Virus record (IMG/VR): IMGVR_UViG_3300030098_002040 | Coordinates: 1-64,000 of that record | Strand: one strand, 5' to 3' | DNA length: 64,000 nucleotides | Source: an uncultured virus (IMG/VR IMGVR_UViG_3300030098_002040) | Taxonomy: Duplodnaviria; Heunggongvirae; Uroviricota; Caudoviricetes | Shown here: positions 47,601-56,736 of the stretch, in pieces | How the letters are laid out: each line of letters begins with the position of its first letter | Position numbering within the stretch: the stretch's first letter is position 1 | Made by a program: the position numbers and the translations under genes | Notes under the pieces: generated by a model | What the model saw: the letters and a program-made list of their open reading frames with translations, nothing else | Databases searched by the model: none | Told to the model about the DNA's origin: nothing

Positions 47601-48716
47601 ATAACTACTTTGATAAGGAGGGAATAGAACATAAGTTCCTGCTGAATTAAGTTTCCCTCTGTCTTTAAAATCTCCTAAAGTTTTAACAACTCCATCAGAT
47701 AATGTTAAATTAACTCTTGCATTTTTACCTGTTCCTGATCCACTTAAATATTCAATACTTTGATTGCTTACTTTTTTAGCATCGTAGTTAGCACCGGGAT
47801 ATGATTTGGTATTTGTAGTAGAAATATTCCAAAAGTTATTAGTTGCATTAGTTACAGAAGTGCTTGTATCTAAAAGAACACTAGAATTTGTTTTCTGCGG
47901 AGCAGTAGATGCTGAGCCATCTTCAAAGAATTTTAAGGCTCCATCACTAGCAGTAACCACACACTGTACTCCACCGGCATTATATTCTTCAGCACCCCAA
48001 CAACTAGTATTACTGGTAGTATTAGCAGCACTTACTGAATCCCAGATCCATCTACCAGCACCAGAAATAAGAGGAGTTTCAAAATTATAAGTACCACCAT
48101 GATTACTATGGGCTCCAAAGGTAGCAGCAACTGGTTTAATTCTAACAATATCTCCAGTAGTAAATCCACTTCCGCTATACTGCGGATCAATACTAAAGCT
48201 TTCACATACTCCCATAAGATACGCAACATCCGCAGTGATTCCTGTTTCTGTTCCATTTAATGTTTTTACTTTAACAGCATCAGAAGTTGTAGTAGTTCCA
48301 AACATATTAGAAACAGCATCATGTCCTGAGTCGCCTTCTTTTATTTGTTTAATCCAGTTCTTACCAAATGAAGATAGTATTAAACCATCAGAAGCAATAG
48401 TATTTGCAGTAAACTTAACATCAATTTCCAAGCCAGTATCAAAAGTAAATCTTGAAGCTGAACCTGAATCTAGTATTGCGGTATTAGTTGTTGTAGTAGT
48501 AGGCAATCCTATACTTATAACTGAACCATGAAAAAACTTTTTAATATCTTTATTATGTAATATGCCCCTTAACTGATAGTCTCTAACAGTTTCATTAAAA
48601 ACATATTTAGCTATCGTCAAATCAACGGCTTGTTCATCTTCAAGCCCTGTAACCATTTGCTCCCCACTGTTGAGGAGCATTCTATTAATAGCTTCTAACT
48701 TAGAAATCATTCCCAT
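44610..48716 (-). CDS. Tail tubular protein A / adaptor (T7 gp11-like) with a ~1100-aa beta-rich insertion
   Basis: N-terminus SKLEAINRMLLNSGE...YQLRG and C-terminus IPWEAIDTAMQTSIIDTAVREYQ match the two halves of gp11; position after the capsid gene. Confidence 0.85.
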   Translation of the reverse strand: MGMISKLEAINRMLLNSGEQMVTGLEDEQAVDLTIAKYVFNETVRDYQLRGILHNKDIKKFFHGSVISIGLPTTTTTNTAILDSGSASRFTFDTGLEIDVKFTANTIASDGLILSSFGKNWIKQIKEGDSGHDAVSNMFGTTTTSDAVKVKTLNGTETGITADVAYLMGVCESFSIDPQYSGSGFTTGDIVRIKPVAATFGAHSNHGGTYNFETPLISGAGRWIWDSVSAANTTSNTSCWGAEEYNAGGVQCVVTASDGALKFFEDGSASTAPQKTNSSVLLDTSTSVTNATNNFWNISTTNTKSYPGANYDAKKVSNQSIEYLSGSGTGKNARVNLTLSDGVVKTLGDFKDRGKLNSAGTYVLFPPYQSSYADLSSTSRSTVTTTIKNNVLPPDIESDSNTSLCLEDAGELDSDKFTAGTWYTFDAAVAQLDGTSRNYTLPTSYTGDDGNSYHCQIQGYVNTKVLNPTIFNYQISKNLTSDGTAAYTATGFLGTILTSTTASSAGAKCKVKFIEIADKIIDVQLVDGGYGWETGDVITFDFPDATSVPAKTSTAQKKKSFSYTIAASDHKSGRSIVSALGIQKIKTMPASSDYRGEGLWHGGTTNDDVGSIGHLNALGLKNMVGATGGSYGFDYGTGSAGRQLYYIVWDTGTDVKNAIVQGLEDSDGNVDIECIVDSGYGYEKEAATGTAHSFKLERVTGGVESVALTINLGYIDADVTSTTHGSAGAPISTRAITGPLLKMKREITSTNKNTVADPSYPTSGALSAESNFAPSFFFYTKDGNSTYNAADDETLYTGVVETATLVHNGANYAASTTQEYEINDTSAGTAASVSFTFSEGCDLAATIQLISTDGTTKTYEASSSANGTVLANDNIAFAVDGSPTHAEMATALKAAIDHSNGHGTSRFTVAISGASSNVLTITQVARGTAGNTTITVGGGFNDHISGSVASAFTSGVDARASLYISEVLNGVISDFSFVNPGTGYVVGDVLTVKSPASSTIPVVFRAAEVTDGAISGLTLRYKDKTDHVGSDAFTSYGWGYSNEMVDDDTNYPTVTTNLTEFAVTQTVSATGSPVIQDGTNFNVRGTVGGDANPIVSGLVYAVNDQQDDTSDIITKGMRVKLDSDTTAITRSYVSSVFDITKVSNVQPSEVTLVSSGQKYSTNDTVSVSYTDKAGTTASYSLPINLASDKIILQENAEIFDLETGPTSKTILSARYINGYDEGDYEYDADNILIDGADYFNQSEKKIYLKNLTNDTLSWDTTKVTDGRNVEVIYFIPWEAIDTAMQTSIIDTAVREYQRITVGDLNVDSLLAQREMETKLNAKAKDITDHNKNILTTGDPNVYKAVYRNRNRGYNDAWVRRQWRGLPDG

Positions 48717-48739
48717 TATAGTGCTCCTTATAAAAAACT

Positions 48740-48772
48740 AAAAACCCACTCTCCCCTTTCGAGGAGAGAGGG
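48740..48772 (-). terminator. Intrinsic terminator after the capsid gene (Tphi-like position)
   Basis: CCCTCTCTCCTC-GAAA-GGGGAGAGTGGG-TTTTT. Confidence 0.85.
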
Positions 48773-48813
48773 CGAATGTCAATATAATATTATAAATTAA
48801 AATAATATAATTA

Positions 48814-50343
48814 TTATGACTTAACAAATGCTCCCGGTATTGCACCAAGACCAGCAGGAATATTATTTGAGTATGCAATATCAAGAGCAGGAGCTCCATT
48901 AAATAGTGCATTTCCATACAGGTCAAGAAGAATACAGCCCGAAGCTGCATCTAAAGGAGCACTGTTGTACTCTACTAATGTTAAATCGTCAGTATCAGTT
49001 TCATTCATTTCTAATGCACCGCCACCAATAGCATCAACTTCAGCAGTTGCAGAACCTTTGTACTTGATACCATCAAGGACAACACCTGTGCATTCTGGTT
49101 TAAGAATACCAGTACCGCCCATCATAGAAGCAACAGTAAAGGTAGTATTTCTACGAACATCATCTACTGTATCAACTTTAAGACCTTGTAGTCTAATAGA
49201 AGCAATAGATGAAGCTGTAAACATAAGTGCTTTAATACCAGCTTCAAGACCTTGAACATTGTACTTGTCTTCACCAATAACTGGTACAAGATTAGTATCA
49301 GGTGATGCCCCAGGATTTGTAGCAGCAACAGTTGCATAGTTTGCAACAGGTAAGTGGTTGCTCTTAACAATAGTAACACCCATGTAAACTAGAGTATCAC
49401 CTAGTCCAAACATACCTTGAGATAAACCAGCACCTAAGCCACCCATGTCTTCAGTTCCACCGAAGAAAGGTCTACGACCGCCATCATCAAGATCGCCGGT
49501 TGCACGAGCGACACCAAGAGCACGGATATCTTGGAAAGTTCTTGGTTCAACTACTAAGAAGTATGGTTCTTCAGGAATGTTAGCTTCTTGTTGACGTACT
49601 AAGAAGTCTTCCACATATTGAAGAAGTTCTAAAGCAGCTGTAGTTCTATTTGCAGCAGATGCAGTGCCACTTCCTAAGTATTGGAAGTTGTCACGAGTTC
49701 TAGCAAATCCAAACTGGTGTCTTGGTTGCATGCCTCGTGTACTAGCTACACCCGCAGTAACAGTTCCCCATTTAGTTGAAGCGGAACCTGTACTGCCTCC
49801 GTCTGCTTCGTCAAAAGCTAAACAAAGTGTAGTAATAGCACTTTTTTCAAGCTCAATACTGTTACATACAGCACGAGCTACGAAAGATGCAAGTTGTCTA
49901 TCACGAGTAGAAGCAAGACGCAAACCAGCTTGACGTGCAAGCTCTGCTCTGTATTCCCACTGTGATACCATTTGGTCAATGTTGTCTAGCTCAAAGTGAG
50001 CAGCCATTGGACGCTTGTCCAAAGTAACAACAAATGAATCTGAAATTGGTGAGTTGCCGTCTTTATCGCTACCACCACCAAGCTCTTCACCCGCAGACCA
50101 GACAGCGTTAAGACCTACTGTACCAGTGATTGGGAACTCCATTTGCATGCCACTTGCAATGGATCTACTTGTAACCATTGACTCAAACATATTATATTCG
50201 TCATACGCATTGATGACTTCACCCGACCATATCGGGAGCCACAAACGACCCGGAGCACCCGGAGTTGTAGCAGTATGGAGTGAAGTATCTGCTCGATACC
50301 CGATATCTCCATGAAGCAAAATTTGATCTGAACTAAATGCCAT
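48814..50343 (-). CDS. Major capsid protein (T7 gp10-like)
   Basis: LWLPIWSGEV, RSIASG..MEFPITG, YRAELARQAGLRLA...D, IVKSNHLP, MGGTGILKPEC; AAGGAG RBS. Confidence 0.93.
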   Translation of the reverse strand: MAFSSDQILLHGDIGYRADTSLHTATTPGAPGRLWLPIWSGEVINAYDEYNMFESMVTSRSIASGMQMEFPITGTVGLNAVWSAGEELGGGSDKDGNSPISDSFVVTLDKRPMAAHFELDNIDQMVSQWEYRAELARQAGLRLASTRDRQLASFVARAVCNSIELEKSAITTLCLAFDEADGGSTGSASTKWGTVTAGVASTRGMQPRHQFGFARTRDNFQYLGSGTASAANRTTAALELLQYVEDFLVRQQEANIPEEPYFLVVEPRTFQDIRALGVARATGDLDDGGRRPFFGGTEDMGGLGAGLSQGMFGLGDTLVYMGVTIVKSNHLPVANYATVAATNPGASPDTNLVPVIGEDKYNVQGLEAGIKALMFTASSIASIRLQGLKVDTVDDVRRNTTFTVASMMGGTGILKPECTGVVLDGIKYKGSATAEVDAIGGGALEMNETDTDDLTLVEYNSAPLDAASGCILLDLYGNALFNGAPALDIAYSNNIPAGLGAIPGAFVKS

Positions 50344-50494
50344 GATCAATCTCCTTTTATCATATATTATAAATTAAATAAAAAAAATTAAAAACAATAT
50401 ACGACATCTATCTTAGAATTATTCTTTCGAGTTCTTTGATAAAAGGAAACCATTCAATATCCCCTAAGAATATTTATTGTTTCAAACGCATTAA

Positions 50495-51478
50495 TTAAAA
50501 GTGACCCTGTATAATTCCTTGAGAAACATTAACTCTTTGTTGTACAGCTTCTCGGAATCGAGGATCAACTTTGTATCTTGGGTTTCTCATATCTGCTATC
50601 ATCTCTTGTTGACTTGCATACCCTACAATTTGTTTAGCTTTAGCCTCGCTCGCTTGTCTCCTGTTTGGAGTAGGTGATGGCTCTTGTTGCCTCATACTAG
50701 AAGCAGCTTGATTGTAGCGTTGTTGTAGCCCCATAAGAGTGGTAGCATAACTAGGAGAGCGAAGCTGTGAATTAATAGCATCACGCTCCGCTGGCTCAAG
50801 ATTATCTCTTGCCCAGCCTAAAATATTATTGAGGTTTTCTTCACCTCCAACGTGACCCGCAGCAGTACGGAAAGCTTCTTTACTAGCTGCTTGTCTTCCA
50901 TAAACAAAATGATCAATTACTTCGTCAGTAACACCCATCTTTGCTTTGATTTCATTTCTACTCTCTGGAGTCAATGCTCCATTCGATTCAATTTCTTCTC
51001 CCCATCTGTTCCATTCGTTTACAGTAACTTTATCTAAAGAAGTTTCTGTTTGCACTGGTTCTGGTGGAGCATCAATTTGCAACTGCTCGCCTTTTTGTGG
51101 CTCAGCTACAGGTGTTTCCACGGCAGGTTTATTTGCATTAGGATCATAGTTTGGATTTGCTATTCCATTTTCATTATATTGAGTCTTAAGCTCTGCAATT
51201 TCTTGACGAGCTTGAGTATAATTTTTCTGTGCTTCAAACAAACTATTAAACCATGCATCCGCTGTTTTAAAATTAGCGGGTATTTCCTTACCCTGATCTC
51301 TAACATGCGAGAGGAATGCCTTTTTCTCATGATTATATTGTGCAACATCTTCTTGAGGAATGCTTTCTGGTATTCCACTCTGAGATTGTTCCGGTGTAGA
51401 TTGTTCCGCAACCAATTGTTCCGTTGGAGTTGGTTGTTCTGGAGTCTGTGGAGTCTCATTACTTTGCTGATCAGTCAT
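50495..51478 (-). CDS. Capsid scaffolding protein (gp9-like)
   Basis: Acidic; VGGEENLNNILGWA and GYASQQEMIADMRNPRYKVDPRFREAV. Confidence 0.9.
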   Translation of the reverse strand: MTDQQSNETPQTPEQPTPTEQLVAEQSTPEQSQSGIPESIPQEDVAQYNHEKKAFLSHVRDQGKEIPANFKTADAWFNSLFEAQKNYTQARQEIAELKTQYNENGIANPNYDPNANKPAVETPVAEPQKGEQLQIDAPPEPVQTETSLDKVTVNEWNRWGEEIESNGALTPESRNEIKAKMGVTDEVIDHFVYGRQAASKEAFRTAAGHVGGEENLNNILGWARDNLEPAERDAINSQLRSPSYATTLMGLQQRYNQAASSMRQQEPSPTPNRRQASEAKAKQIVGYASQQEMIADMRNPRYKVDPRFREAVQQRVNVSQGIIQGHF

Positions 51479-51491
51479 CTATTTCTCCTGT

Positions 51492-51929
51492 TTATCTGGC
51501 AGACGCACTGCCAAAATAAAATCCTATAATTGCAAGCAATGCTTGCCTGTTTTCTTCTGCAAAGAGATATCCATTAATCTCTTTAAATACAGTTTTTTCT
51601 TCGCCTCCGAAAAGACCGAATAAAATTTCACCTGATTTTTCTTTTACTTCAACAACAATAGGTAAGTCAAACATTGGAGCTAAGAATGGAGCATACATAC
51701 AAGCAAATAAAACTGAAAGAACTATAATCCTTCTAGTTAATTTACCTGCATCAATGCCAACTCTTTTAGCTGCACTATTCGCAGTATCATCTGAAGCTTT
51801 TTGAGCTTGCAATGCCAGCTTCATTCTTTCCTGCTCGTTTTTTCTTTTCTCAGCTTGTTGTTTAAAAATAAATCCAACAGCTGAACTACCTAACATTGTT
51901 AAAACATCAGGGGTTAACATATCAAACAT
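51492..51929 (-). CDS. Membrane protein (holin-like, 2-3 TM)
   Basis: TRRIIVLSVLF and AIIGFYFGS segments. Confidence 0.65.
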   Translation of the reverse strand: MFDMLTPDVLTMLGSSAVGFIFKQQAEKRKNEQERMKLALQAQKASDDTANSAAKRVGIDAGKLTRRIIVLSVLFACMYAPFLAPMFDLPIVVEVKEKSGEILFGLFGGEEKTVFKEINGYLFAEENRQALLAIIGFYFGSASAR

Positions 51930-51931
51930 CG

Positions 51932-52144
51932 TCAGTTCTCCTCATCAACATCTGGTTTAATGGGGAGATGATCTCTTGGATGATGATTAGGAAGATTAGT
52001 ATAGATCTTTAAGTTAACAGGCGTACCCATTTCTTTTTCTATTTTCCACATATAATAATTTTCAGCTGTGGTAAATATAAGCATAGTTAATAAACTACCA
52101 GAAAAGATTCCTGCAAAAAAAGATATAAACTTTTTCTTAATCAT
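51932..52144 (-). CDS. Small membrane protein
   Basis: N-terminal TM segment. Confidence 0.55.
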   Translation of the reverse strand: MIKKKFISFFAGIFSGSLLTMLIFTTAENYYMWKIEKEMGTPVNLKIYTNLPNHHPRDHLPIKPDVDEEN

Positions 52145-52242
52145 TTTTTATCCCCTTTAGATTTTGTGGTGAATACCTTGGCAACCTTACGCAAGATGCT
52201 GCCTTTTTGTTTATCTTTATCTTTACTACAATTACATCCCAT
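52141..52242 (-). CDS. Very small basic protein (33 aa, MGCNCSKDKDK...)
   Basis: Manual translation; fills the gap with an ATGA overlap. Confidence 0.4.
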   Translation of the reverse strand: MGCNCSKDKDKQKGSILRKVAKVFTTKSKGDKK

Positions 52243-52243
52243 A

Positions 52244-52573
52244 TTAATAACTCGGTCTGTTTATGTCTACAGGTGTATGTCGTTTTGGTTTTCTGTTCAA
52301 AGATTTAAAAACAGAACTTATTTTTCTACCCGCAGCAGATATTTTTCTATTCATTTCTTGAGATCTTTTATAATACCTTGCTTTACCGGGAACAGATGTC
52401 TGTGCATCAGACCATCCTTTCCATACTTTTTTGTCATCTACTTTAGGTTTAGGTCCGTACCCACTAGTATTACTAGTAGTAGCTTTCTTTGTAGCTTTTT
52501 TTACATTTGCTTTTCTTTTTTTCTTAGGAGGTCTCCCCACTTTTTTACCATATGTTCCTTTACCCATTGGCAT
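52244..52573 (-). CDS. Small basic protein (MPMGKGTYGKKVGRPPKK)
   Basis: ORF track; AAGGAG RBS. Confidence 0.7.
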   Translation of the reverse strand: MPMGKGTYGKKVGRPPKKKRKANVKKATKKATTSNTSGYGPKPKVDDKKVWKGWSDAQTSVPGKARYYKRSQEMNRKISAAGRKISSVFKSLNRKPKRHTPVDINRPSY

Positions 52574-52584
52574 AATTATACTCC

Positions 52585-54183
52585 TTAATTAATTAACTCT
52601 TGTGCTTGTTGAGCAACTTGCCCAATATTAGTACCACCTGTTTGGTCTTGAATATCTTGTTGAGCTGCTGCTTGAGCAATATTACCTACTGCTGCTCCAC
52701 CTTGTGAAGCTAGTTGCTGTAACATTTGTTGTTGCATTTGCTCTTGTTGCATAGCTTGTTGTGCCTTAGCTACTTCTTCTTCAGATTTAATCCAATTATC
52801 TGGATTAAACCCTAGAGTACTAACTAAAGCTTGACCAAAGGCATCCCATTTAAAAGTAGCAATTGATTCTGGAGGAAGGTTACGAACCATTTCTCCCAAT
52901 TGCATTAACTTCATAAGATCTGATTCTCTATTTAAAGCTTGTAACCCAGTAACAATTTCTACATCTAAGTTTCCTTCAGTTGTAAAGAATTGTTGATACA
53001 ATCTTTTATCAATAGAACCATCATCAACCATAAGATAAACAGTTCTATTTAATATAGGTATAAATAAATCTCTAGCGATAGCACTAAATGCACCGCCTAA
53101 AATATTTTCTAATTCTTGTCCTATTTTTTTAACGGCTGTAGCTGTTACACGATCTCCCGAAGGGATTGAAGCTGAGTCTAAAAGAAAAGCTTGTCCAATT
53201 TCTCTTCTCATTTTTTCAACAGCAGCGGAAACAGCTTGTATTTGTGGACTCATAGTGGCTGCTGGACTAATAGCTTCAATGTCTTCTCTTCTAGCTGCAA
53301 TCCATTGACCATTAGGAGCAACTCCTACATCATCAATATCAGTAATTCCAGCTGGATCTACTGCCATCCAAAAAGTAGAACTAGCAGCCATTCCTTCAAT
53401 CATAGATCTTGTATAATTTTCTAAAGTTTCTATATCACCTATTAAATCTTCACAATGAGATCTAGAATACGGCTCGCCAGCTATAGAATTCCATCTTAAT
53501 ACTGCAAGAGGAAGGACATCATAAGAACCAGACTCTACAATTTCACCGTCTAATTCTTTTTCTGCTATCCATTTACCTTTTTCATCTTTATATATTCTAT
53601 TAAACTCTACATCGTAACCAGATCTTGAGTAAGATATTGACCCTGTTGCTGGTTCTTCAATATCTGCATCTTCTGGTTTAGATACAAATTCTAAATAAAT
53701 AAGTTCTAATAAATCACCATTCACATCTCGTCTAACAACATAGTGATCAAGACGAATATTTCTAAAAGTATAATCATCTTCTTGAATAATTAAAACATCT
53801 CCAACAATAATTAAATGTTGAAGAGCTTGAAATAATACTTCTCTCATATTCTGACTTGTTAGTTTTTTATAAACTTGGTAACTTAAATTATTAAGATAAA
53901 CTTGTGTTTCACTAGAAGGTTCTTGTCCCCCTTTAAGATTAAATCTAAAGAAAGGAGAATCATCTAAAGGTAAAAGAGCGTGTAAAATACGAGAAGACAT
54001 AGCAGTTACGCCACGAGCAGAGACAGAAGAAAATGGTTTATTTAAAGAAGTATCGTCAGTATAACCTTCTGGAGGAAATATAGATGGAATAGTTAGCCAA
54101 GAACAATGCCTTGCTCTTTCTAATTTTGCATAACGAAAGCCATCTAACTTATGAAATCTTTCTGCTATAGTTTTCTCTTTCAT
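52585..54183 (-). CDS. Portal / head-tail connector (T7 gp8-like)
   Basis: LTIPSIFP, LLPLDDSPFFRF, YVVRRDVNG, GEPYSRSHCE, DRVTATAV, VTGLQALNR. Confidence 0.95.
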   Translation of the reverse strand: MKEKTIAERFHKLDGFRYAKLERARHCSWLTIPSIFPPEGYTDDTSLNKPFSSVSARGVTAMSSRILHALLPLDDSPFFRFNLKGGQEPSSETQVYLNNLSYQVYKKLTSQNMREVLFQALQHLIIVGDVLIIQEDDYTFRNIRLDHYVVRRDVNGDLLELIYLEFVSKPEDADIEEPATGSISYSRSGYDVEFNRIYKDEKGKWIAEKELDGEIVESGSYDVLPLAVLRWNSIAGEPYSRSHCEDLIGDIETLENYTRSMIEGMAASSTFWMAVDPAGITDIDDVGVAPNGQWIAARREDIEAISPAATMSPQIQAVSAAVEKMRREIGQAFLLDSASIPSGDRVTATAVKKIGQELENILGGAFSAIARDLFIPILNRTVYLMVDDGSIDKRLYQQFFTTEGNLDVEIVTGLQALNRESDLMKLMQLGEMVRNLPPESIATFKWDAFGQALVSTLGFNPDNWIKSEEEVAKAQQAMQQEQMQQQMLQQLASQGGAAVGNIAQAAAQQDIQDQTGGTNIGQVAQQAQELIN

Positions 54184-54187
54184 TTAA

Positions 54188-54502
54188 TTACTCCGGTCTA
54201 GGAATTTGAATAGAATCTGGTCTATCTCTATAAATTGATTCTGCTGCTCGTGTTCCAACATTTCGTTGGGCAGCAACTTCTTCTTGAACAGCTCCTTCTT
54301 GTGCTTCAATTTCAGCTTTCTTTCTTTTAGCTTCTTCTTCTGCGGATTTAATTCTAGCTAACCTTGCTGCTTCTCTTTGAGCTTCTCTTTCGTCAGCTTT
54401 TTCTTGCATCAACATAGTATTTTGTTGCATTCTTTCAAACTGACGTTGTTGCATTTGTTCCATAGCTCCGTAATCTGTTTTTGGTGCTTTGCCTCCACCC
54501 AT
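54188..54502 (-). CDS. Small virion/ejection protein (gp6.7/7.3-like position)
   Basis: MGGGKAPK start, Q/E/A-rich, immediately upstream of the portal gene. Confidence 0.55.
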   Translation of the reverse strand: MGGGKAPKTDYGAMEQMQQRQFERMQQNTMLMQEKADEREAQREAARLARIKSAEEEAKRKKAEIEAQEGAVQEEVAAQRNVGTRAAESIYRDRPDSIQIPRPE

Positions 54503-54503
54503 T

Positions 54504-54821
54504 TTATTTTACCTCCCTTTTACTTGTTGTTTTCTTATGGACTTTAGTTTGTTTATTACGTCCCGTTGTCCCCCTCGAAACGCCCACTCCTCCCTTGTCG
54601 TCAGGTTGCTGTACTCCATCGGTGGATACAGTAGATCCAGTTCCTTTATTACTTGATCTTCTATCAAGGGCATCCGTTCTTTCAGAGATTTTTTGGACAT
54701 TTTGTTCTAGCCTTTCTATTTTATTAGTTAGTTCTTGTATTATCCCCATTAAATGTTTTTCAGTTTGTGATAAAGCTCGACCAGCCCCATACATACTTCT
54801 TATAAATGCTTGTGTATTCAT
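54504..54821 (-). CDS. Hypothetical coiled-coil protein (105 aa) overlapping the gp6.5-like ORF
   Basis: AGGAG RBS; ATGA overlap with the RNR stop. Confidence 0.5.
   Translation of the reverse strand: MNTQAFIRSMYGAGRALSQTEKHLMGIIQELTNKIERLEQNVQKISERTDALDRRSSNKGTGSTVSTDGVQQPDDKGGVGVSRGTTGRNKQTKVHKKTTSKREVK
54509..54700 (-). CDS. T7 gp6.5-like small protein
   Basis: IKELDLLYPP...FRGGQRDVINKL pattern and position. Confidence 0.6.
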   Translation of the reverse strand: MSKKSLKERMPLIEDQVIKELDLLYPPMEYSNLTTREEWAFRGGQRDVINKLKSIRKQQVKGR

Positions 54822-56734
54822 TTTATATCTCCTGTTAAATCGGTAATCTCACAACCACCTGCACTACAAGCAAGCTCTTTGCTATTAGTTGTAGTATCTT
54901 CTTTTTCATAATTTTTTAATTGAGTCCAATCAATATCAATTGGTAAATTATCTTCCATCTCAAGAAAACTTTTATAATCTTTTATTTCTTCAAATGGAGC
55001 TTGATCATATACATGATCTTCTTTTGGTAAGAAAGATATTCCACTTACCCAATTCCAATTATTCCAAACCCAGTTTCCTATTTCTAAAAACTCCTCATTA
55101 GAGTAAGAAATAGTTACACTTGGTTTATGATCGCACCAATGTCTTTGATATATTAACCAAAGATTTAAATGGTTTAATGCACTAATATCTTTTTGTGTTT
55201 TAGAACTCAATGGAGAACTAATAGGAAAAGAAAACACGGTAGTACTATGTGGTCGCATACAACAATCTTCATGTGGGATACCTTGATCAGACATAAACTG
55301 TGTCATTGGATCATTCTTATCCATTCGTACTCTTCTAATATATTGTTTACTATATCTTGGATGCATTCCTGAAGATGAGCCAGCTACACAACTAGTAGTT
55401 CCACTAGGCTTAACACAAGTAATAGCTGTGCTTTCATTAATACCTAATTTATTAGACCATATCTTGTTTATATGTTTAGCACATTTCTTCAAATCAATTA
55501 AAGTATTAGGAAGATCAGGATTATTTACATCACTGAAAAATTTATTATCATATATTCCAGTAAAAGAAACTCCTAGTAATCTTTCCTCATCACAATTTAA
55601 TCTCCATTGTTCATCTAAATAAGGAAATCTAGTACAAGCAGATTGAATAGTTCCAAAAATAGCAGCAGATCTAATTTTACTAGTAATAGATTGAATCGTA
55701 TCGTCTGATTTAATTACAATCTCTGATAAATTACAAAATTGTTTGTGTCGAAGAATGATTTCAGAACAAGGATTTGTTCCAAATTTATAATCTGAATCTC
55801 GACCAGCTAGTTTTGCTATAGTTTTCATTGATTCTCTATTGCATATACCTCTTTCTCCTGATTTAGAATTGTACATCTCTGCCCATTCTTCTAAGAAAGT
55901 AGAGAAAGATGGTTTATTATTATACACAGCAGAGTTATTAGCTAAAGATCTATGACCTGCTGATTCCCACCAAGGACCACTCTTAGCTCTTGCCATGCTC
56001 TTGTCTTCTAAATCACTAAGAGAAATTAAAGCGGATCGCCTGACAGCACCTGCTATTACAATCTCTCCAATCATACACACAATATCATGTACTTCTAAGC
56101 TAGATAGCTTGCGTCCTTTGGCATTGTGAAATGTATTAGTAACAAACTTAAACAAACGAATCAAGGGCTCAGGACCCGAAGCTCGTCCTCCAAAAGTTTT
56201 AAGTCTTGCTCCTGCGGGTCGAACCTGAACCGTATCCCATGTTGGATGAATGCCTTGATACAAATACCAGACCAGCTGTTCTAACGACTCAGCCCACCCT
56301 TTTCTAGAATCTTTAACTATAATCTCTATAGTTTCTACTCTTTTAATAACATTTGGTATTTCAGGGAGCTTGGCAATCTCGTCTCTTTCGCAAGAGAATC
56401 CCACACCAGTTCCACAACAAAGAATATATAATATTTGTGAAAATATTGAAGGATCATTTACAGCCACATAACTACAGTTATATAAACAAGTGTCATCTAC
56501 TTCCGCAGCAGCTCCAGCAGTCATCAATGCCCGCATACTAGGGAATACCTCACGGTTTAACAAATGTTTCTTAGCATCCTGAAGATCTGGATCTTCTGCG
56601 TCTAGGTCAAACCTATTAATAAAATAATTAAAATATCTATTAACACATTCTTCCCAAGTCTCTCTTCTCTTCTCCTCCTCTAGCCACCTACAGTATTTAC
56701 TAGTAGCTATGAAGTCTTCAAATAAACGGCTCAA
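54818..56734 (-). CDS. nrdJ: Class II (B12-dependent) ribonucleotide reductase, monomeric RTPR type
   Basis: PSMRAL, YNCS, GTGVGFS, GGRASGP, RRSALI, TNPCSEI, CVKPSGT, C-terminal ACSAGGCEI; no beta subunit nearby. TTG start inferred. Confidence 0.92.
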   Translation of the reverse strand: MSRLFEDFIATSKYCRWLEEEKRRETWEECVNRYFNYFINRFDLDAEDPDLQDAKKHLLNREVFPSMRALMTAGAAAEVDDTCLYNCSYVAVNDPSIFSQILYILCCGTGVGFSCERDEIAKLPEIPNVIKRVETIEIIVKDSRKGWAESLEQLVWYLYQGIHPTWDTVQVRPAGARLKTFGGRASGPEPLIRLFKFVTNTFHNAKGRKLSSLEVHDIVCMIGEIVIAGAVRRSALISLSDLEDKSMARAKSGPWWESAGHRSLANNSAVYNNKPSFSTFLEEWAEMYNSKSGERGICNRESMKTIAKLAGRDSDYKFGTNPCSEIILRHKQFCNLSEIVIKSDDTIQSITSKIRSAAIFGTIQSACTRFPYLDEQWRLNCDEERLLGVSFTGIYDNKFFSDVNNPDLPNTLIDLKKCAKHINKIWSNKLGINESTAITCVKPSGTTSCVAGSSSGMHPRYSKQYIRRVRMDKNDPMTQFMSDQGIPHEDCCMRPHSTTVFSFPISSPLSSKTQKDISALNHLNLWLIYQRHWCDHKPSVTISYSNEEFLEIGNWVWNNWNWVSGISFLPKEDHVYDQAPFEEIKDYKSFLEMEDNLPIDIDWTQLKNYEKEDTTTNSKELACSAGGCEITDLTGDIK

Positions 56735-56736
56735 TG

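Noticed and set aside
38489..48716. Inteins or introns explaining the oversized tail genes
   Set aside because: No intein splice-junction pattern or homing endonuclease motif was recognised, and the frames are uninterrupted.
50396..50412. AATATACGACATCTAT resembling the T7 promoter
   Set aside because: On the wrong strand for the capsid gene, only a partial match and a single copy.
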